Shown here in pieces: positions 8,886 through 19,747 of a stretch of DNA of 64,000 nt (its first letter is position 1; each line of letters opens with the position of its first letter). The stretch comes from an uncultured delta proteobacterium (GTDB lineage Bacteria > Desulfobacterota > Binatia > DP-6): NCBI GenBank assembly GCA_963815115.1, contig CAWFFN010000009.1:960001-1024000 (forward strand). Reading direction: 5' to 3'. The position numbers and the translations under genes were made by a program. The notes beneath the pieces are model-generated. The model was not told the DNA's origin. It was given only the letters and a program-made list of their open reading frames with translations, and searched no databases.

Positions 8886-11800
8886 TTGCCGGGGGGCCTC
8901 CTGTTTCACTCGCTACTCACCGCTGTTGCCATCTTTCTCCTGTCGGTCGCGCCGGCGATCGCGAAGCGACCGAAACCGAGTCCCTGCGCTCCCGACCGCT
9001 ACGTCGTCGTGGAAGGCGCTCCCCTCGTAGGCGATGGCGGCAGCACGGCTCCCGACGTCATCGCCGTCGCGCCGAAGCAGGTGGCCATCTCCGGCGGCTG
9101 CGTCGGGAAGTCGTCGGTCAGAGCCTCCCGTACCGCGACCACCGTCCGCGCCCGCTGGAAGGCCTGTGCGCCCCTCAAGAAGGTGACGCTCACGGCCAGG
9201 ATCGCGGCCCCGGCGTGCAGCGAGATCACGGGGACGCTCAAGGCGAAGAAGACCAAGCCTCGTCGCTTCCGTGCCGTGCGCTCGACGTGCGGCGACGGGC
9301 ATCTCGACGCCGTCCGCGAGGCCTGCGACGGCGGCCAGGGCTGCGCAGGGACGGAACACTGCACCGCGACCTGCGTCTGCGCCACCACGCCGGTGGACAC
9401 GCCGCTCGGGCCCGGGTCGGGCGCCGTCGAGCTGCCACCGGGATCGACCCTGTCCCTCACCGCCCTCCAGGTCATCGCTCCGGGCGCGTCCGCGATCCGA
9501 CCGGACGGCTCGTTCGACTTCGCCGCATCGAGTGATCCTATTCTCGTCCTGATCGCCGACGGCGGCGGTGTCCCCGTGCTCGCCGCGTACAGCGACCCGC
9601 GCCAGCCCGGGGCGCTGCGCGTGAACGCGCGCTCGACGGCGCTGGCGATGCTGTTCTTCGCGTCGGGCGCCTTCACGCGAGCGCAGTCCGAGTACCAGCA
9701 GGTCCGCGATCTGCTGGCGGGGCACCCCGCGTTCGCGACGCTGGCCGCGGCGGTGGAGGCCCGTCTCGGGGTCGAGCCGCATGCCATCGCCGCCGGCGAC
9801 CCGGCGCTGCTCGCGGCGATCCAGGCCGCGATCGACGTCATGTCGGGCCGGGGGATGGCGCGGGCCGTCACCGCGGCGGCCGGCGCGCCGGTCGTCTCTC
9901 GATTGTTCGCCGACCCGCAGGCCGAGCTGAGCGGCGTCATCGTGAGCGACTCGGACGACCAGAGCGGGTTGCAGATCACCAACAGACGCCGCCGGCACCT
10001 CCTCTTCTACGTCACGCAGACCGGCTACCTGGACAGCGAGAACCACGTGCAGCAGGTCGACCGTCCGGTGGTGAACGGCTCGTTCCCGCACGACTGGATC
10101 TCGTCGACCAACAAGCTGGGCGGCGTGTTCGGCTCCGTCACCGACGTGTTCACCGGCAACGGCGCGTACCAGCCGTACACCTTCACGCCCGCCGTGCCCC
10201 TGCCCGTCTTCCCGGACTCGGCCAGGGAGGCCTACTACCACGTGACGGTCGTCGGCCCGGGCGGGAACCTCGGCGCACAACCGAAGATGGGCCTGTTCCC
10301 GTTCCTGGGCGGCGCGAGCGAGATGGTGACGTGGTCGGTCTTCAAGGACATCTTCCTGCCGTTCCTCTTCGCCGGCCTCGACGTCCATCTCGACATCGAG
10401 CACCTGGCCGATCCCACGCCCCTCTTCCAGGGCTACCGCGCGTGGATCACCGGGCTCGGCTCCGGCGGGCACGTCGGCCTGAGCCTGACCCACCTGGAGG
10501 TCAAGGAGTTCATGCTCGCGGTCTTCAAGACGATCGCGGACGATGCCGCCTTCCGGCAGGCCTTCATCAACTGGTTCCGCCAGCAGCTCGCGTCACTCGC
10601 GCCCGACGCGGCCCAGGCGCTCAGCGAGAGTGCGCTCAACGGCCTCGCCACCAAGCTCAACTTCTGGCTCTTCCTGATCGACAAGGCGATGTCGCTCGGC
10701 GACGCGGCGGTTGCGGCGCACGACATGGCCAACTCGAACTGGTTCGAGGAGTGGGACGTCACGGCGATTCCCGTGCCGGTGCGCCTGCTGCCGCCGATCG
10801 CGACCGTGACGAAGAGCAGCCCGGCCGTGACGCTGACGACCACGGTCACGGGCCTGCCGAACCATCGGTTCGTCTACCGGTACAGCACCGCCGGATTCCA
10901 TGGCCTCGTCTGTCCCATCCTCGGCGACTGCGCCACGACCGTCGATTCGACCTTCGACAACGTGCAGTACGTCGCCGATGCGCTCGGGATCGTCGAGGGC
11001 GATCTCGACACCGTGACCGTCGAGGTCTTCGACGACACGGACGGCAACGGCACGGTGCCGGCGGTCGAGCCGGCCCTCGGGAAGGCCACGAGCCGGATCG
11101 TCGGCGAAGCCGGGTGCGCGGGCCCCGAGGTCGCGGTCGACATCCCGAGCGCCGAGCTCCGCACGATTCTCCACCAGCGCCTCGGCGTCGCCGCGGATCA
11201 GCCGATCACGTGCGCCGACATGGAGCGGCTGACGACGCTCGGGATCGTCCAGCGCGGCATCGAGACCCTCGAAGGGCTCCAGTTCGCGGTCAACCTGACC
11301 GCGCTCACGTGCAACCAGTGCGTGCTCCGCGAGATCGGACAAGTGTCGCGGCTTCACAAGCTGACGTCGCTGGCGCTCACCCAGAACGGCATCATCGACG
11401 TGTCGCCGCTGGCGGGTCTCACTGCCCTCACCTCCCTCGACCTCGAGTACAACCGGATCGTCGACGTCACGGCGCTCGCCGGATTGACCAACCTCCAGAC
11501 CCTCGACCTGCGTGGCAACACGCTGAACGGGGTCGGCGCCCTCGCCGGCCTGACGAAGCTCGAGCAGCTCTTCCTGCGCGAGACCGGGATCCCGAGCGTC
11601 GCCTCGCTGGCTGGGCTCGTGAACCTCGGGACGCTCACCCTCAACTTCTGCGACCTGACGACCCTCGACGGGCTGCAGGGCATGACGAAGCTCGCGCACC
11701 TCGAGATCGACAACAACTACATCCTGGAGGACATCGGCGCGCTGGCGAACCTGAACGCGCTCACCTTCCTCGACGCCGAGACCAACAGCATCACGGACAT

Positions 11801-12215
11801 CGCCCCGCTGGCCGGGAAGACCCAGCTGTCTGTCCTCGACCTGAGCGGCAACCAGATCGCCGATCTGAGCCCGGTCGGCTGGGGAATGCTCCCGCTCGAT
11901 CATCTCAACCTGCGGGCCAACCTGATCACCAGCATCGCGCCGCTCCAGGCGCTCACCCGGATCGGCGACCTCGACGTGAGCTACAATCGCATCAGCGACG
12001 CCGGACCGATCTCGGGCCTGCACACGCTCACCGCGTTCGCCATCCGCAACAACCTGCTGTCGAGCATCCAGCCGCTGGTCGACAACAGCGGCCTCGGGAG
12101 CGGCGACACCATCAACATCCAACAGAACTGCCTGAGCGAGAGCGACCCGGACATCAAGACGCTGAAGGATCGCGGCGCACAGGTGTACTACCAGCCGCAG
12201 GGCTGCCCCCCGTAG
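8886..12215 (+). CDS. large secreted mosaic protein with Cys-rich N-terminus and C-terminal internalin-type leucine-rich repeats
   Basis: Hydrophobic signal peptide, CGDG..EACD Cys motif, about 13 LRRs of 22-23 aa; TTG start uncertain. Confidence 0.85.
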   Translation: MPGGLLFHSLLTAVAIFLLSVAPAIAKRPKPSPCAPDRYVVVEGAPLVGDGGSTAPDVIAVAPKQVAISGGCVGKSSVRASRTATTVRARWKACAPLKKVTLTARIAAPACSEITGTLKAKKTKPRRFRAVRSTCGDGHLDAVREACDGGQGCAGTEHCTATCVCATTPVDTPLGPGSGAVELPPGSTLSLTALQVIAPGASAIRPDGSFDFAASSDPILVLIADGGGVPVLAAYSDPRQPGALRVNARSTALAMLFFASGAFTRAQSEYQQVRDLLAGHPAFATLAAAVEARLGVEPHAIAAGDPALLAAIQAAIDVMSGRGMARAVTAAAGAPVVSRLFADPQAELSGVIVSDSDDQSGLQITNRRRRHLLFYVTQTGYLDSENHVQQVDRPVVNGSFPHDWISSTNKLGGVFGSVTDVFTGNGAYQPYTFTPAVPLPVFPDSAREAYYHVTVVGPGGNLGAQPKMGLFPFLGGASEMVTWSVFKDIFLPFLFAGLDVHLDIEHLADPTPLFQGYRAWITGLGSGGHVGLSLTHLEVKEFMLAVFKTIADDAAFRQAFINWFRQQLASLAPDAAQALSESALNGLATKLNFWLFLIDKAMSLGDAAVAAHDMANSNWFEEWDVTAIPVPVRLLPPIATVTKSSPAVTLTTTVTGLPNHRFVYRYSTAGFHGLVCPILGDCATTVDSTFDNVQYVADALGIVEGDLDTVTVEVFDDTDGNGTVPAVEPALGKATSRIVGEAGCAGPEVAVDIPSAELRTILHQRLGVAADQPITCADMERLTTLGIVQRGIETLEGLQFAVNLTALTCNQCVLREIGQVSRLHKLTSLALTQNGIIDVSPLAGLTALTSLDLEYNRIVDVTALAGLTNLQTLDLRGNTLNGVGALAGLTKLEQLFLRETGIPSVASLAGLVNLGTLTLNFCDLTTLDGLQGMTKLAHLEIDNNYILEDIGALANLNALTFLDAETNSITDIAPLAGKTQLSVLDLSGNQIADLSPVGWGMLPLDHLNLRANLITSIAPLQALTRIGDLDVSYNRISDAGPISGLHTLTAFAIRNNLLSSIQPLVDNSGLGSGDTINIQQNCLSESDPDIKTLKDRGAQVYYQPQGCPP
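11220..12080 (+). repeat. LRR-coding tandem repeats (~66 nt period, ~13 copies)
   Basis: Repeated LxxLxLxxNxIxDxxxLA units counted in the translation. Confidence 0.85.
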
Positions 12216-12231
12216 TCCACCACTCGAACGA

Positions 12232-12936
12232 CTAGCCGTCGCCGGGCTCGGAGCGGCCGAGGCCGCCGGGGACGGCGGCGGCCGTGTACAGGCCGACGAG
12301 CCGCGCGATCATCAAGGTCAGGAAGAGCTGACCGCCGATCGCTTCGAGCACGGCGAAGATGCGTGCCGGCGGGCTCAGCGGCGTCACGTCGCCGTAGCCC
12401 GTGGTCGTGAGGGTCATGAAGCTCAGGTACATGAGGAGCGCATCCGTTCCGAGCGGGGCAAAGGGCGGCACGGGAATGCGGGGGCCGAGGGCGAACGATC
12501 CGGGCCACGATCGCTCGACGATCGAGTACACCTTCCCCCAGCACAGGCCGAGAAGCAGGTAGACGCAGCCGGCGCCGTAGAGGACGTCGAGCGTCACGAT
12601 CTGGCGACGCGCGAGGTCGCGCAGGATCGCCCCCGCCACGATGGCCATGAAGAGCAGGTCGGGTCCCTGGGTGAGGAGGCCTCCCGGATCGAACCGGAAG
12701 GGCACCAGCGTCAGCACCGCCAGTACGAGCATCGGCGCCAGCAGGCTGCTTCCCAGGCCGACGGCGAGGAGGCTCGAGACCAGCACGGCGACGAAGAGCA
12801 CGGTCACCGCCCAGTTCGCGATCGTCTCGTCGCCCGTGAAGGGAATGAGCAGGAAGAGCAGCAGCAGGGACGCGAGGAGGAACCGGTAGCGCGGGGCAAG
12901 TCGCCACACCACGTTCAGGCTGGGCAGGACGTCCAT
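12232..12936 (-). CDS. potassium channel family membrane protein (Ion_trans_2 pore)
   Basis: YLSFMTLTTTGYGDVTP selectivity filter, several TM helices. Confidence 0.88.
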   Translation of the reverse strand: MDVLPSLNVVWRLAPRYRFLLASLLLLFLLIPFTGDETIANWAVTVLFVAVLVSSLLAVGLGSSLLAPMLVLAVLTLVPFRFDPGGLLTQGPDLLFMAIVAGAILRDLARRQIVTLDVLYGAGCVYLLLGLCWGKVYSIVERSWPGSFALGPRIPVPPFAPLGTDALLMYLSFMTLTTTGYGDVTPLSPPARIFAVLEAIGGQLFLTLMIARLVGLYTAAAVPGGLGRSEPGDG

Positions 12937-13014
12937 GCGCCGGTCTAGCGAAGGCGAAGCGGGGGCGCCACCCTGGCATGAGGCCGGGACGGCGCGCTAA
13001 AGAAGCTCCGCGCC

Positions 13015-14610
13015 ATGGAGGTCCTGCGCAGCAACGTCAATCCGCGGTCCGAGGCCTACCGGACCAATCGCGCCGCCTTCCTGGAGCAGATCGCCTACCT
13101 GGACGAGCAGCTGGCGCTCGCTCGCGCGGGCGGCGGACCGAAGTACGTGGAGCGCCACCGCCAGCGCGGCAAGCTGATGGCGCGCGAGCGCATCGAGCTG
13201 CTGCTCGATCGCGACTCGCCCTTCCTCGAGATCGCGCCGCTGGCCGGCTGGGGCACGGAGTTCGGGCTCGGCGGCAGCATCGTCTCCGGCGTCGGCGTGG
13301 TGTCGGGCGTCGAGTGCGTGATCACGGCCAACGAGCCGACCATGCAGGGCGGCACGCTCAACCCGTACAGCGTTCGCAAGAGCGCGCGCACGATGGAGAT
13401 CTGCGCGCAGAACCGGCTGCCGATCATCAACCTGACCGAATCGGGCGGCGCCGACCTGCCGTACCAGGCGGAGACCTTCGTTCCCGGCGGCAAGGGCTTT
13501 CGCGAGCTCACCCGCCGCTCGGCCGAGCGCATCCCGACCATCTGCCTGGTCTTCGGCTCCTCGACCGCCGGCGGCGCCTACGTGCCGGGCATGTCCGACT
13601 ACGTGGTGATGGTGAAGGGCGGCGCCAAGGTGTTCCTCGGGGGGCCGCCGCTGGTGAAGATGGCGATCCACGAGGACGCCGACGAGGAGGCGCTCGGCGG
13701 CGCCGAGATGCACAGCCGCGTCTCCGGCGTGTCGGACTATCTCGCCGCCGACGAGCTCGACGCGATCCGGCTCGGGCGCGAGATCGTCGCCCAGCTCAAC
13801 TGGCGCAAGCTCGGGCGCTCGAAGCGCGTGGCCGTCGAGGAGCCGCGCTACGACCCGGACGAGCTGCTCGGGCTCACCTCGATCGACGTGCGCAAGCCGT
13901 TCGAGGTCCGGGAGGTCATCGCCCGCGTCGTCGACGGCTCGCGCTTCCACGAGTTCAAGCCGACCTACGGCAGCACGCTCGTCACCGGCTATGCCCACCT
14001 CCACGGCTATCCGATCGGCATCCTCGCGAACAACGGCATGCTCTTCTCCGAGTCGTCGGAGAAGGGCGCGCAGTTCATCCAGCTCTGCAACCAGACCGAC
14101 ACGCCGATCGTGTTCCTGCAGAACATCACCGGCTTCATGGTGGGCAGCCGCTACGAGCAGGGCGGCATCATCAAGGACGGCGCCAAGCTCATCAACGCGG
14201 TCTCCAACAGCACGGTTCCGCACCTGACGATGATGATCGGCGCCTCGTACGGCGCCGGCAACTACGGCATGTCGGGCCGCGCCTACGACCCGCGCTTCGT
14301 GTTCAGCTGGCCGAACCACCGCATCGCGGTCATGGGTCCCGAGCAGCTCGCGGGCGTGCTCTCCATCGTGCGCCGGCAGGCGGCGGAGCGGGCAGGGCAG
14401 CCGTTCGACGAGGAGGAGGACCGCGTGCTGCGCCAGGCCGTCGAGCAGCAGATCGACCGCGAGTCGTACGCCTTCTTCGCGACCGCGCGGCTGTGGGACG
14501 ACGGCATCATCGACCCGCGCGACACCCGCACCGTTCTCGGCATCTGCCTGTCGGCGGTACACTCGGCGCCCATCCGCGGCACGACGCGCTACGGCGTGTT
14601 CCGGATGTGA
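13015..14610 (+). CDS. atuC: acyl-CoA carboxylase carboxyltransferase subunit, geranyl-CoA carboxylase (AtuC)-like
   Basis: [57 protein letters not shown]. Confidence 0.85.
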   Translation: MEVLRSNVNPRSEAYRTNRAAFLEQIAYLDEQLALARAGGGPKYVERHRQRGKLMARERIELLLDRDSPFLEIAPLAGWGTEFGLGGSIVSGVGVVSGVECVITANEPTMQGGTLNPYSVRKSARTMEICAQNRLPIINLTESGGADLPYQAETFVPGGKGFRELTRRSAERIPTICLVFGSSTAGGAYVPGMSDYVVMVKGGAKVFLGGPPLVKMAIHEDADEEALGGAEMHSRVSGVSDYLAADELDAIRLGREIVAQLNWRKLGRSKRVAVEEPRYDPDELLGLTSIDVRKPFEVREVIARVVDGSRFHEFKPTYGSTLVTGYAHLHGYPIGILANNGMLFSESSEKGAQFIQLCNQTDTPIVFLQNITGFMVGSRYEQGGIIKDGAKLINAVSNSTVPHLTMMIGASYGAGNYGMSGRAYDPRFVFSWPNHRIAVMGPEQLAGVLSIVRRQAAERAGQPFDEEEDRVLRQAVEQQIDRESYAFFATARLWDDGIIDPRDTRTVLGICLSAVHSAPIRGTTRYGVFRM

Positions 14611-15803
14611 CGGACCGGCGCGCCCTGCGCGTCCTCTTCGTCTGCCTGGTCTGCATCGGCCTCGGGCAGTCGATGCTGTTCGCCATCCTGCCCCCAGCCG
14701 CCCGGGCGCTCGGCATCTCGCCGTTCCGCATCTCCACCATCTTCGCCGCCTCGGCGAGCATCTGGGTGTTCGTCAGCCCGTGGTGGGGGCGGCAGAGCGA
14801 CGTGCGGGGCCGGCGGCCCATCATCCTGATCGGGCTGCTCGGCTTCGGGCTCTCGATGGCGCTGCTGGCGACGACCATCGCCCTCGGCTCCGCCGGGCTG
14901 CTGTCGTCGGTCGCGGTCTACCCGCTCCTGGTCGGCTCGCGCTGCGTGTTCGCGCTCATCGGCTCGGGGACGGGCCCGGCGTCGCAGGCGTACATCGCCG
15001 ACCGGACCTCGACGGAGGAGCGCGCCGCAGGACTGGCGCTGGTCAGCGCCGCCGTGGGGCTCGGCGAGACGCTCGGACCGGCCATGGGTGCGGGACTCGC
15101 CACCCTCGGGCTGGTCGCTCCGATCTACTTCAGCGCGGCGCTCGCGGTCGCCAGCGCGGGCGTGATCTGGTGGCGGCTGCCCGAGGAGGCGCCGGTCCGC
15201 AGCGCCGACTCGGGGCCGCCGCCCCGGCTGGGCTATGCCGACCGGCGGGTGGCGCCCTTCCTCGCGATCGGCGCGTCGCTCCAGGCCGTACGCGCCACGA
15301 CGGTCATCACGCTGGCGCTCTTCCTCCAGGACACCTTCGCGCTGACCGCCGAGCAGGCGGCGCAGCGCGCCGGCGTCGGCTTCGTGGTGCTGGCATCGGC
15401 GGGGCTCTTCGCGCAGCTCGTGCTCGTCCAGCGCCTCCGGCCGACGGCGCGAACGATGATCCGGTGCGGCGTGCCCCTGATGGTGCTCGCGTTCGGGCTG
15501 CTGGTCGTCGGACGCGCGTTCGGCACCCACCTGATGGCGCTCGCCAGTCTCGGGCTCGGCCTTGGCCTGGTTCGCCCCGGCAGCGCCGCCGGCGCGTCGC
15601 TCGCGGTCACGGCCGAGGAGCAGGGCGCGGTGGCGGGCCTGCTCGGCGGTCTGGCAGTTCTGGGCAACGTCTTCGGCCCGATGCTGGGCACCACGCTGTA
15701 CGGGATCTCGCCGCGGGCGCCCTACGTGCTGAACTGCCTCCTGATGGGCAGCGTGCTGGTCTTCGTGCTCGCGAGCCAGCGCCTGCGCGAGATGCGGAGC
15801 TGA
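14607..15803 (+). CDS. MFS transporter (TetA/DHA1-like)
   Basis: GTG overlaps atuC stop; [12 protein letters not shown] motif A, about 12 TM helices, AYIADRT. Confidence 0.88.
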   Translation: MTDRRALRVLFVCLVCIGLGQSMLFAILPPAARALGISPFRISTIFAASASIWVFVSPWWGRQSDVRGRRPIILIGLLGFGLSMALLATTIALGSAGLLSSVAVYPLLVGSRCVFALIGSGTGPASQAYIADRTSTEERAAGLALVSAAVGLGETLGPAMGAGLATLGLVAPIYFSAALAVASAGVIWWRLPEEAPVRSADSGPPPRLGYADRRVAPFLAIGASLQAVRATTVITLALFLQDTFALTAEQAAQRAGVGFVVLASAGLFAQLVLVQRLRPTARTMIRCGVPLMVLAFGLLVVGRAFGTHLMALASLGLGLGLVRPGSAAGASLAVTAEEQGAVAGLLGGLAVLGNVFGPMLGTTLYGISPRAPYVLNCLLMGSVLVFVLASQRLREMRS

Positions 15804-15821
15804 CGCCCGTTCGCGCAGCGT

Positions 15822-16808
15822 TCAGCGCGCCAGCAGGAACCGGAGACCACGCACCCAGCCGCCCTGCTCCTTGCGCCGGAAGCGCAGCTGCCGCCAGGCG
15901 TCCGCCAGGCGATAGGCGGTCATCTGCGCCGCCGGCAATCGTGCGGCGGCGAGATCCGGATGCTCGCGCTCGTAGCCGTAGGCGTCGAGCAGATCGCCGG
16001 TGATCCGCTCGATGCGCCGGCGCAGCGCGGGGGACATCTGCGCCTTCCACTTCTGGCGCTCGCCTGTCACCACCTCGGCGGCGCCGCGCGCCGAGCCGAG
16101 ATTCTCGGGCACGCGCAGGAACCGACCGGCGTCCGGCGGCGTGGGGACGCCGAGGAAGTCGAAGACGCGAACAAGCCGATCGCGCACATCCGTCACCAGG
16201 TCCTCGTAGCGCAGCTCGTGATAGCGTGACGCCCCCAGCGCGGCGCCCGCCGTGCGACAGCGGCGCACGCGGTCGGCCCACTCCTGCGCGGTGCGCAGCG
16301 GCGTGTTGCCCCAGGCATCCTCCGCCGACAGGGCGCAGTCGCGCGGGTCACGCACCAGGTGGACGAACCGCGCGCCGGGGTAGAGCCGCGCCAGCAACGG
16401 CAGCTCGCTCATGTAGGCCGGCGTCTTGTCGCCCCAGAGGACGTCCTCCCATGACCTCCGCGGATCCGGGATCTCCTGCTCGTGCACGCAGTGGAAGAGC
16501 GCTTCCAGCACCCCGGGCCAGTCGTGCCGGCGGCACAGCCGGTACCAGCGGCCGGTATCGATGTGCACGCCGCGGCGCTCCCAGTGCCAGAACGCCCGTG
16601 TCCCCCGCAGCGCTCCCACCAGCCGCTCGAAGTTGGCGCGCTCGCCGAGATCGCCGTAGCGCGCGATGTCGCGCGTGAAGCGCGGGATGAAGTGCGACTC
16701 GACGTCGGAGATCCAGAGGTCCGGGCTCCGGTTGAGCAGCTCCCGCAGCATCTTGGTGCCAGACCTGGGATTGCCCACGACGAAGAAGGGAGGCTCGGCG
16801 CGCGTCAC
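15822..16808 (-). CDS. sulfotransferase
   Basis: FVVGNPRSGT PAPS loop, WGDKTP, HLVRDPRDCALS, LRYEDLV. Confidence 0.9.
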   Translation of the reverse strand: MTRAEPPFFVVGNPRSGTKMLRELLNRSPDLWISDVESHFIPRFTRDIARYGDLGERANFERLVGALRGTRAFWHWERRGVHIDTGRWYRLCRRHDWPGVLEALFHCVHEQEIPDPRRSWEDVLWGDKTPAYMSELPLLARLYPGARFVHLVRDPRDCALSAEDAWGNTPLRTAQEWADRVRRCRTAGAALGASRYHELRYEDLVTDVRDRLVRVFDFLGVPTPPDAGRFLRVPENLGSARGAAEVVTGERQKWKAQMSPALRRRIERITGDLLDAYGYEREHPDLAAARLPAAQMTAYRLADAWRQLRFRRKEQGGWVRGLRFLLAR

Positions 16809-16907
16809 TGCCGTTCTGGTAGCAAGAGCGCGACCGGCTCGCCAGCCGCGACGACCCGAGGGTGTGGCTCTTCAAGTCGAGCCTCGAACCCCGTAAACAG
16901 GGCCCCC

Positions 16908-18896
16908 GTGCCTCGCATCCGCAAGGTCCTGGTGGCCAACCGTGCCGAGATCGCCCGGCGCGTGCTCCGGACGCTGCGCTCCATGAGCATCGACAGCGTG
17001 GCGGTCTACTCCGATGCCGATGCCGGGGCGCCGCATGTCGCCGAGGCCGACGAGGCCGTGCGCATCGGGCCCGCGCCCAGCCGGGAGTCCTACCTGGCGA
17101 TCGACCGGCTGCTCGCGGCCGCGGCCGCGACCGGAGCCGACGCCGTCCACCCCGGCTACGGCTTCCTCGCCGAGAACGCGGACTTCGCGGCGCGCTGCGC
17201 GGAGGCGGGTCTCACCTTCATCGGCCCGCCCGTGTCCGCCATTCGCGCGATGGGCAGCAAGGTCGAGTCCAAGCGCATCATGGAGGGTGCGGGGGTCCCG
17301 GTGATCCCCGGCGTCTCGGGCGCGGCCCTGTCGAACGAGGCGCTCGCACGCGAGGCCCGTGCGCTCGGCTTGCCGGTGCTGGTGAAGGCATCGGCGGGCG
17401 GCGGCGGCAAGGGGATGCGTGTCGTCCGGGAAGAGGCGCACCTCGCCGAGGCGCTGGCGGCGGCCCGGCGCGAAGCGCTCGGCGCCTTCGGCGACGACAC
17501 GCTGCTGGTGGAGCGGTACATCGAGCGGCCGCGCCACATCGAGATCCAGGTGTTCGGCGATACGCACGGCACCGTCGTTCATCTCTGCGAGCGCGAGTGC
17601 TCGGTCCAGCGGCGCTACCAGAAGGTGATCGAGGAGGCTCCGTCCCCCGGGGTCGACGCCGCGCTGCGTTCCCGGCTGAGCGCGGCGGCGGTCGCGGCGG
17701 CGAGGGCGATCGGCTACGTGGGTGCGGGAACCGTCGAGTTCATCGTCGGGCCGCACGGCGAGTTCTACTTCCTCGAGATGAACACGCGGCTCCAGGTGGA
17801 GCATCCGGTCACGGAAGAGGTCACCGGCATCGACCTGGTGCGGCTGCAGATCGAGGTCGCCGAGGGCCGGGCGATCGCGTTCCTCCAGGAGGACGTGCGT
17901 CTCGACGGTCACGCCATCGAAGCCCGTCTGTACGCCGAGGATGCGGCGCGAGACTTCCTGCCCGCCGCCGGCCGGCTCCTCCTGTGGGAGGCGGCGCCGT
18001 GGCCGGGAGTGCGCTACGACTCCGGGGTCGTCGCCGGCACGGAGGTCGGCGTCCACTACGACCCGATGCTGGCGAAGATCGTCGCGCACGGCAGGTCGCG
18101 CGAGGAGGCCACGCGCCGGCTCGTCGGGGCGCTCGAGCGCCTCGGCGTGGCGGGCGTCACGACGAACCGCGACTTCCTGCTCGCCGTGCTGCGCCATCCC
18201 GCCTTTGCCGCCGGCGAGCTCGACACCCACTTCATCGAGCGGCACCTGCCGCCCGAGGTGCGTCTCGCCCCGCGCGACGCCGCCGCCGAGCGCGCGCACG
18301 CCATCGTCGCCGCCATCCACGACCACGAGACTCGCCGGCGCGCGGGCGGCCCGCTGCCGCCGACCATTCCCTCCGGCTGGCGCAACAGCCGATGGCGGCC
18401 GCAGAGCGTGACCTATCGCCTCGGACCCGACACGGTCGAGGTACGGTACGTTGCCGAGCCCGGCGGGCGCTTCACGGTCGAGGTCGGGGATGCGACGTCA
18501 ACGGTCATACTCCACGAAGCCGACGCGCGTGGCCTGGCGGTCGAGATCGACGGTGTCCGTCGCCGCTTCACCGTGGCCGCGGCCGGCGACGTCATCGCGG
18601 TGCACGGGCCGCTCGGGACCGCCGAGCTGGTCCGGCAGCCGCGCTTTCCTGCCGGGCGGCGCGACGACGCGGTCGGCGGCTGTGTGGCGCCCATGACCGG
18701 CGTCGTCCGGGCCGTGCACGTGGCGGCCGGCGAGCGGGTGACGAGGGGCCAGGTCCTGCTGGTCCTGGAAGCCATGAAGATGGAGCACGAGCTGATCGCA
18801 CGGGCGGACGGTGTGGTGCGCGAGGTGCGCGTCGAGGTGGGGCAGATGGTCGATCCCGACGCGGTGCTCGTCGTGGTGGCGGCTGCGGAATCGTGA
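16908..18896 (+). CDS. atuF: biotin carboxylase/BCCP alpha subunit of acyl-CoA carboxylase (AtuF-like)
   Basis: KVLVANRAEIA, HPGYGFLAEN, GGGGKGM, FLEMNTRLQVEH, biotinylation motif EAMKME. Confidence 0.85.
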   Translation: MPRIRKVLVANRAEIARRVLRTLRSMSIDSVAVYSDADAGAPHVAEADEAVRIGPAPSRESYLAIDRLLAAAAATGADAVHPGYGFLAENADFAARCAEAGLTFIGPPVSAIRAMGSKVESKRIMEGAGVPVIPGVSGAALSNEALAREARALGLPVLVKASAGGGGKGMRVVREEAHLAEALAAARREALGAFGDDTLLVERYIERPRHIEIQVFGDTHGTVVHLCERECSVQRRYQKVIEEAPSPGVDAALRSRLSAAAVAAARAIGYVGAGTVEFIVGPHGEFYFLEMNTRLQVEHPVTEEVTGIDLVRLQIEVAEGRAIAFLQEDVRLDGHAIEARLYAEDAARDFLPAAGRLLLWEAAPWPGVRYDSGVVAGTEVGVHYDPMLAKIVAHGRSREEATRRLVGALERLGVAGVTTNRDFLLAVLRHPAFAAGELDTHFIERHLPPEVRLAPRDAAAERAHAIVAAIHDHETRRRAGGPLPPTIPSGWRNSRWRPQSVTYRLGPDTVEVRYVAEPGGRFTVEVGDATSTVILHEADARGLAVEIDGVRRRFTVAAAGDVIAVHGPLGTAELVRQPRFPAGRRDDAVGGCVAPMTGVVRAVHVAAGERVTRGQVLLVLEAMKMEHELIARADGVVREVRVEVGQMVDPDAVLVVVAAAES

Positions 18897-18917
18897 AACG
18901 CCGGATGCGAGGAGGGC

Positions 18918-19709
18918 ATGATGTCGACCGAAGAGGTGACGCGCTACGAGCTTCGCGGTAGCGCGGGCTGGATCACGCTGGCCTCGCCCGCGACCCGCAA
19001 CGCGCTCTCCGCGCAGATGATCTCGGAGCTGGGCGCGCGGCTCGATGCCGCGCTGGGCGATCCCGCGGTCCGGGTGGTCGTGCTCGCCGGTACCCCGCCC
19101 GCCTTCTGCGCCGGAGCCGATCTGAAGGGCGGTGGTGCGGCGGTCGCTCCCGGTGGCGGAGCCCGCAATCCCTTCGTCGGGGTGCTGGAGCGCATCTGGG
19201 ACGGGCCGAAGCCGGTGGTGGCGGCGGTGAACGGGCATGCCTTCGGCGGTGGGATCGGGCTGGTGGCGGCCGCGGACGTTGCCATCGCGGTCGAGCAGGC
19301 CGCGTTCAGCTTCAGCGAGGTGCGGGTCGGTGTCATCCCGGCGATGATCTCGGTCGTGGTGCTGCCGAAGCTCGGGGTGCACCAGGCGATGCGACTCTTC
19401 CTCACCGGCCGGCGCTTCGACGCCGGCGAGGCGCTGGCCCACGGCCTCGTGCATCGGGTGGTGCCGGCCGAGGGCCTCGAGGCAGCGGTGCAGGAGGAGA
19501 TCGATGCGATCGCGCTGGGAGGCCCCAACGCCGTCAGGGAAGCGAAGCGGCTCATCCGCACCGTGTCGCGGCTACCCATGGACGAGGCCTTCGCGTACGC
19601 GGAGGGAAAGATCGCCGAGCTGTTCGCCTCTGCCGAGGCCGCCGAGGGCATGGCGGCGTTCGCGCAACGCCGGAGGCCCGGCTGGGCCGACGCGTCGCGC
19701 GCTGGTTGA
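18918..19709 (+). CDS. atuE: enoyl-CoA hydratase (isohexenylglutaconyl/methylglutaconyl-CoA hydratase-like)
   Basis: FCAGADL, VNGHAFGGGIGL, FSEVRVGVIPA; lies between atuF and atuA. Confidence 0.75.
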   Translation: MMSTEEVTRYELRGSAGWITLASPATRNALSAQMISELGARLDAALGDPAVRVVVLAGTPPAFCAGADLKGGGAAVAPGGGARNPFVGVLERIWDGPKPVVAAVNGHAFGGGIGLVAAADVAIAVEQAAFSFSEVRVGVIPAMISVVVLPKLGVHQAMRLFLTGRRFDAGEALAHGLVHRVVPAEGLEAAVQEEIDAIALGGPNAVREAKRLIRTVSRLPMDEAFAYAEGKIAELFASAEAAEGMAAFAQRRRPGWADASRAG

Positions 19710-19747
19710 CCGCTCGCGGCGGCCGCGCGTAAGACGGGGACCCTGCC

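Noticed and set aside
13015-19709. Leucine degradation (liu) cluster
   Set aside because: AtuA is present, the carboxyltransferase lacks the LiuB-type PDRDHFGRIF segment and no HMG-CoA lyase is in the window; the atu assignment is preferred but unconfirmed
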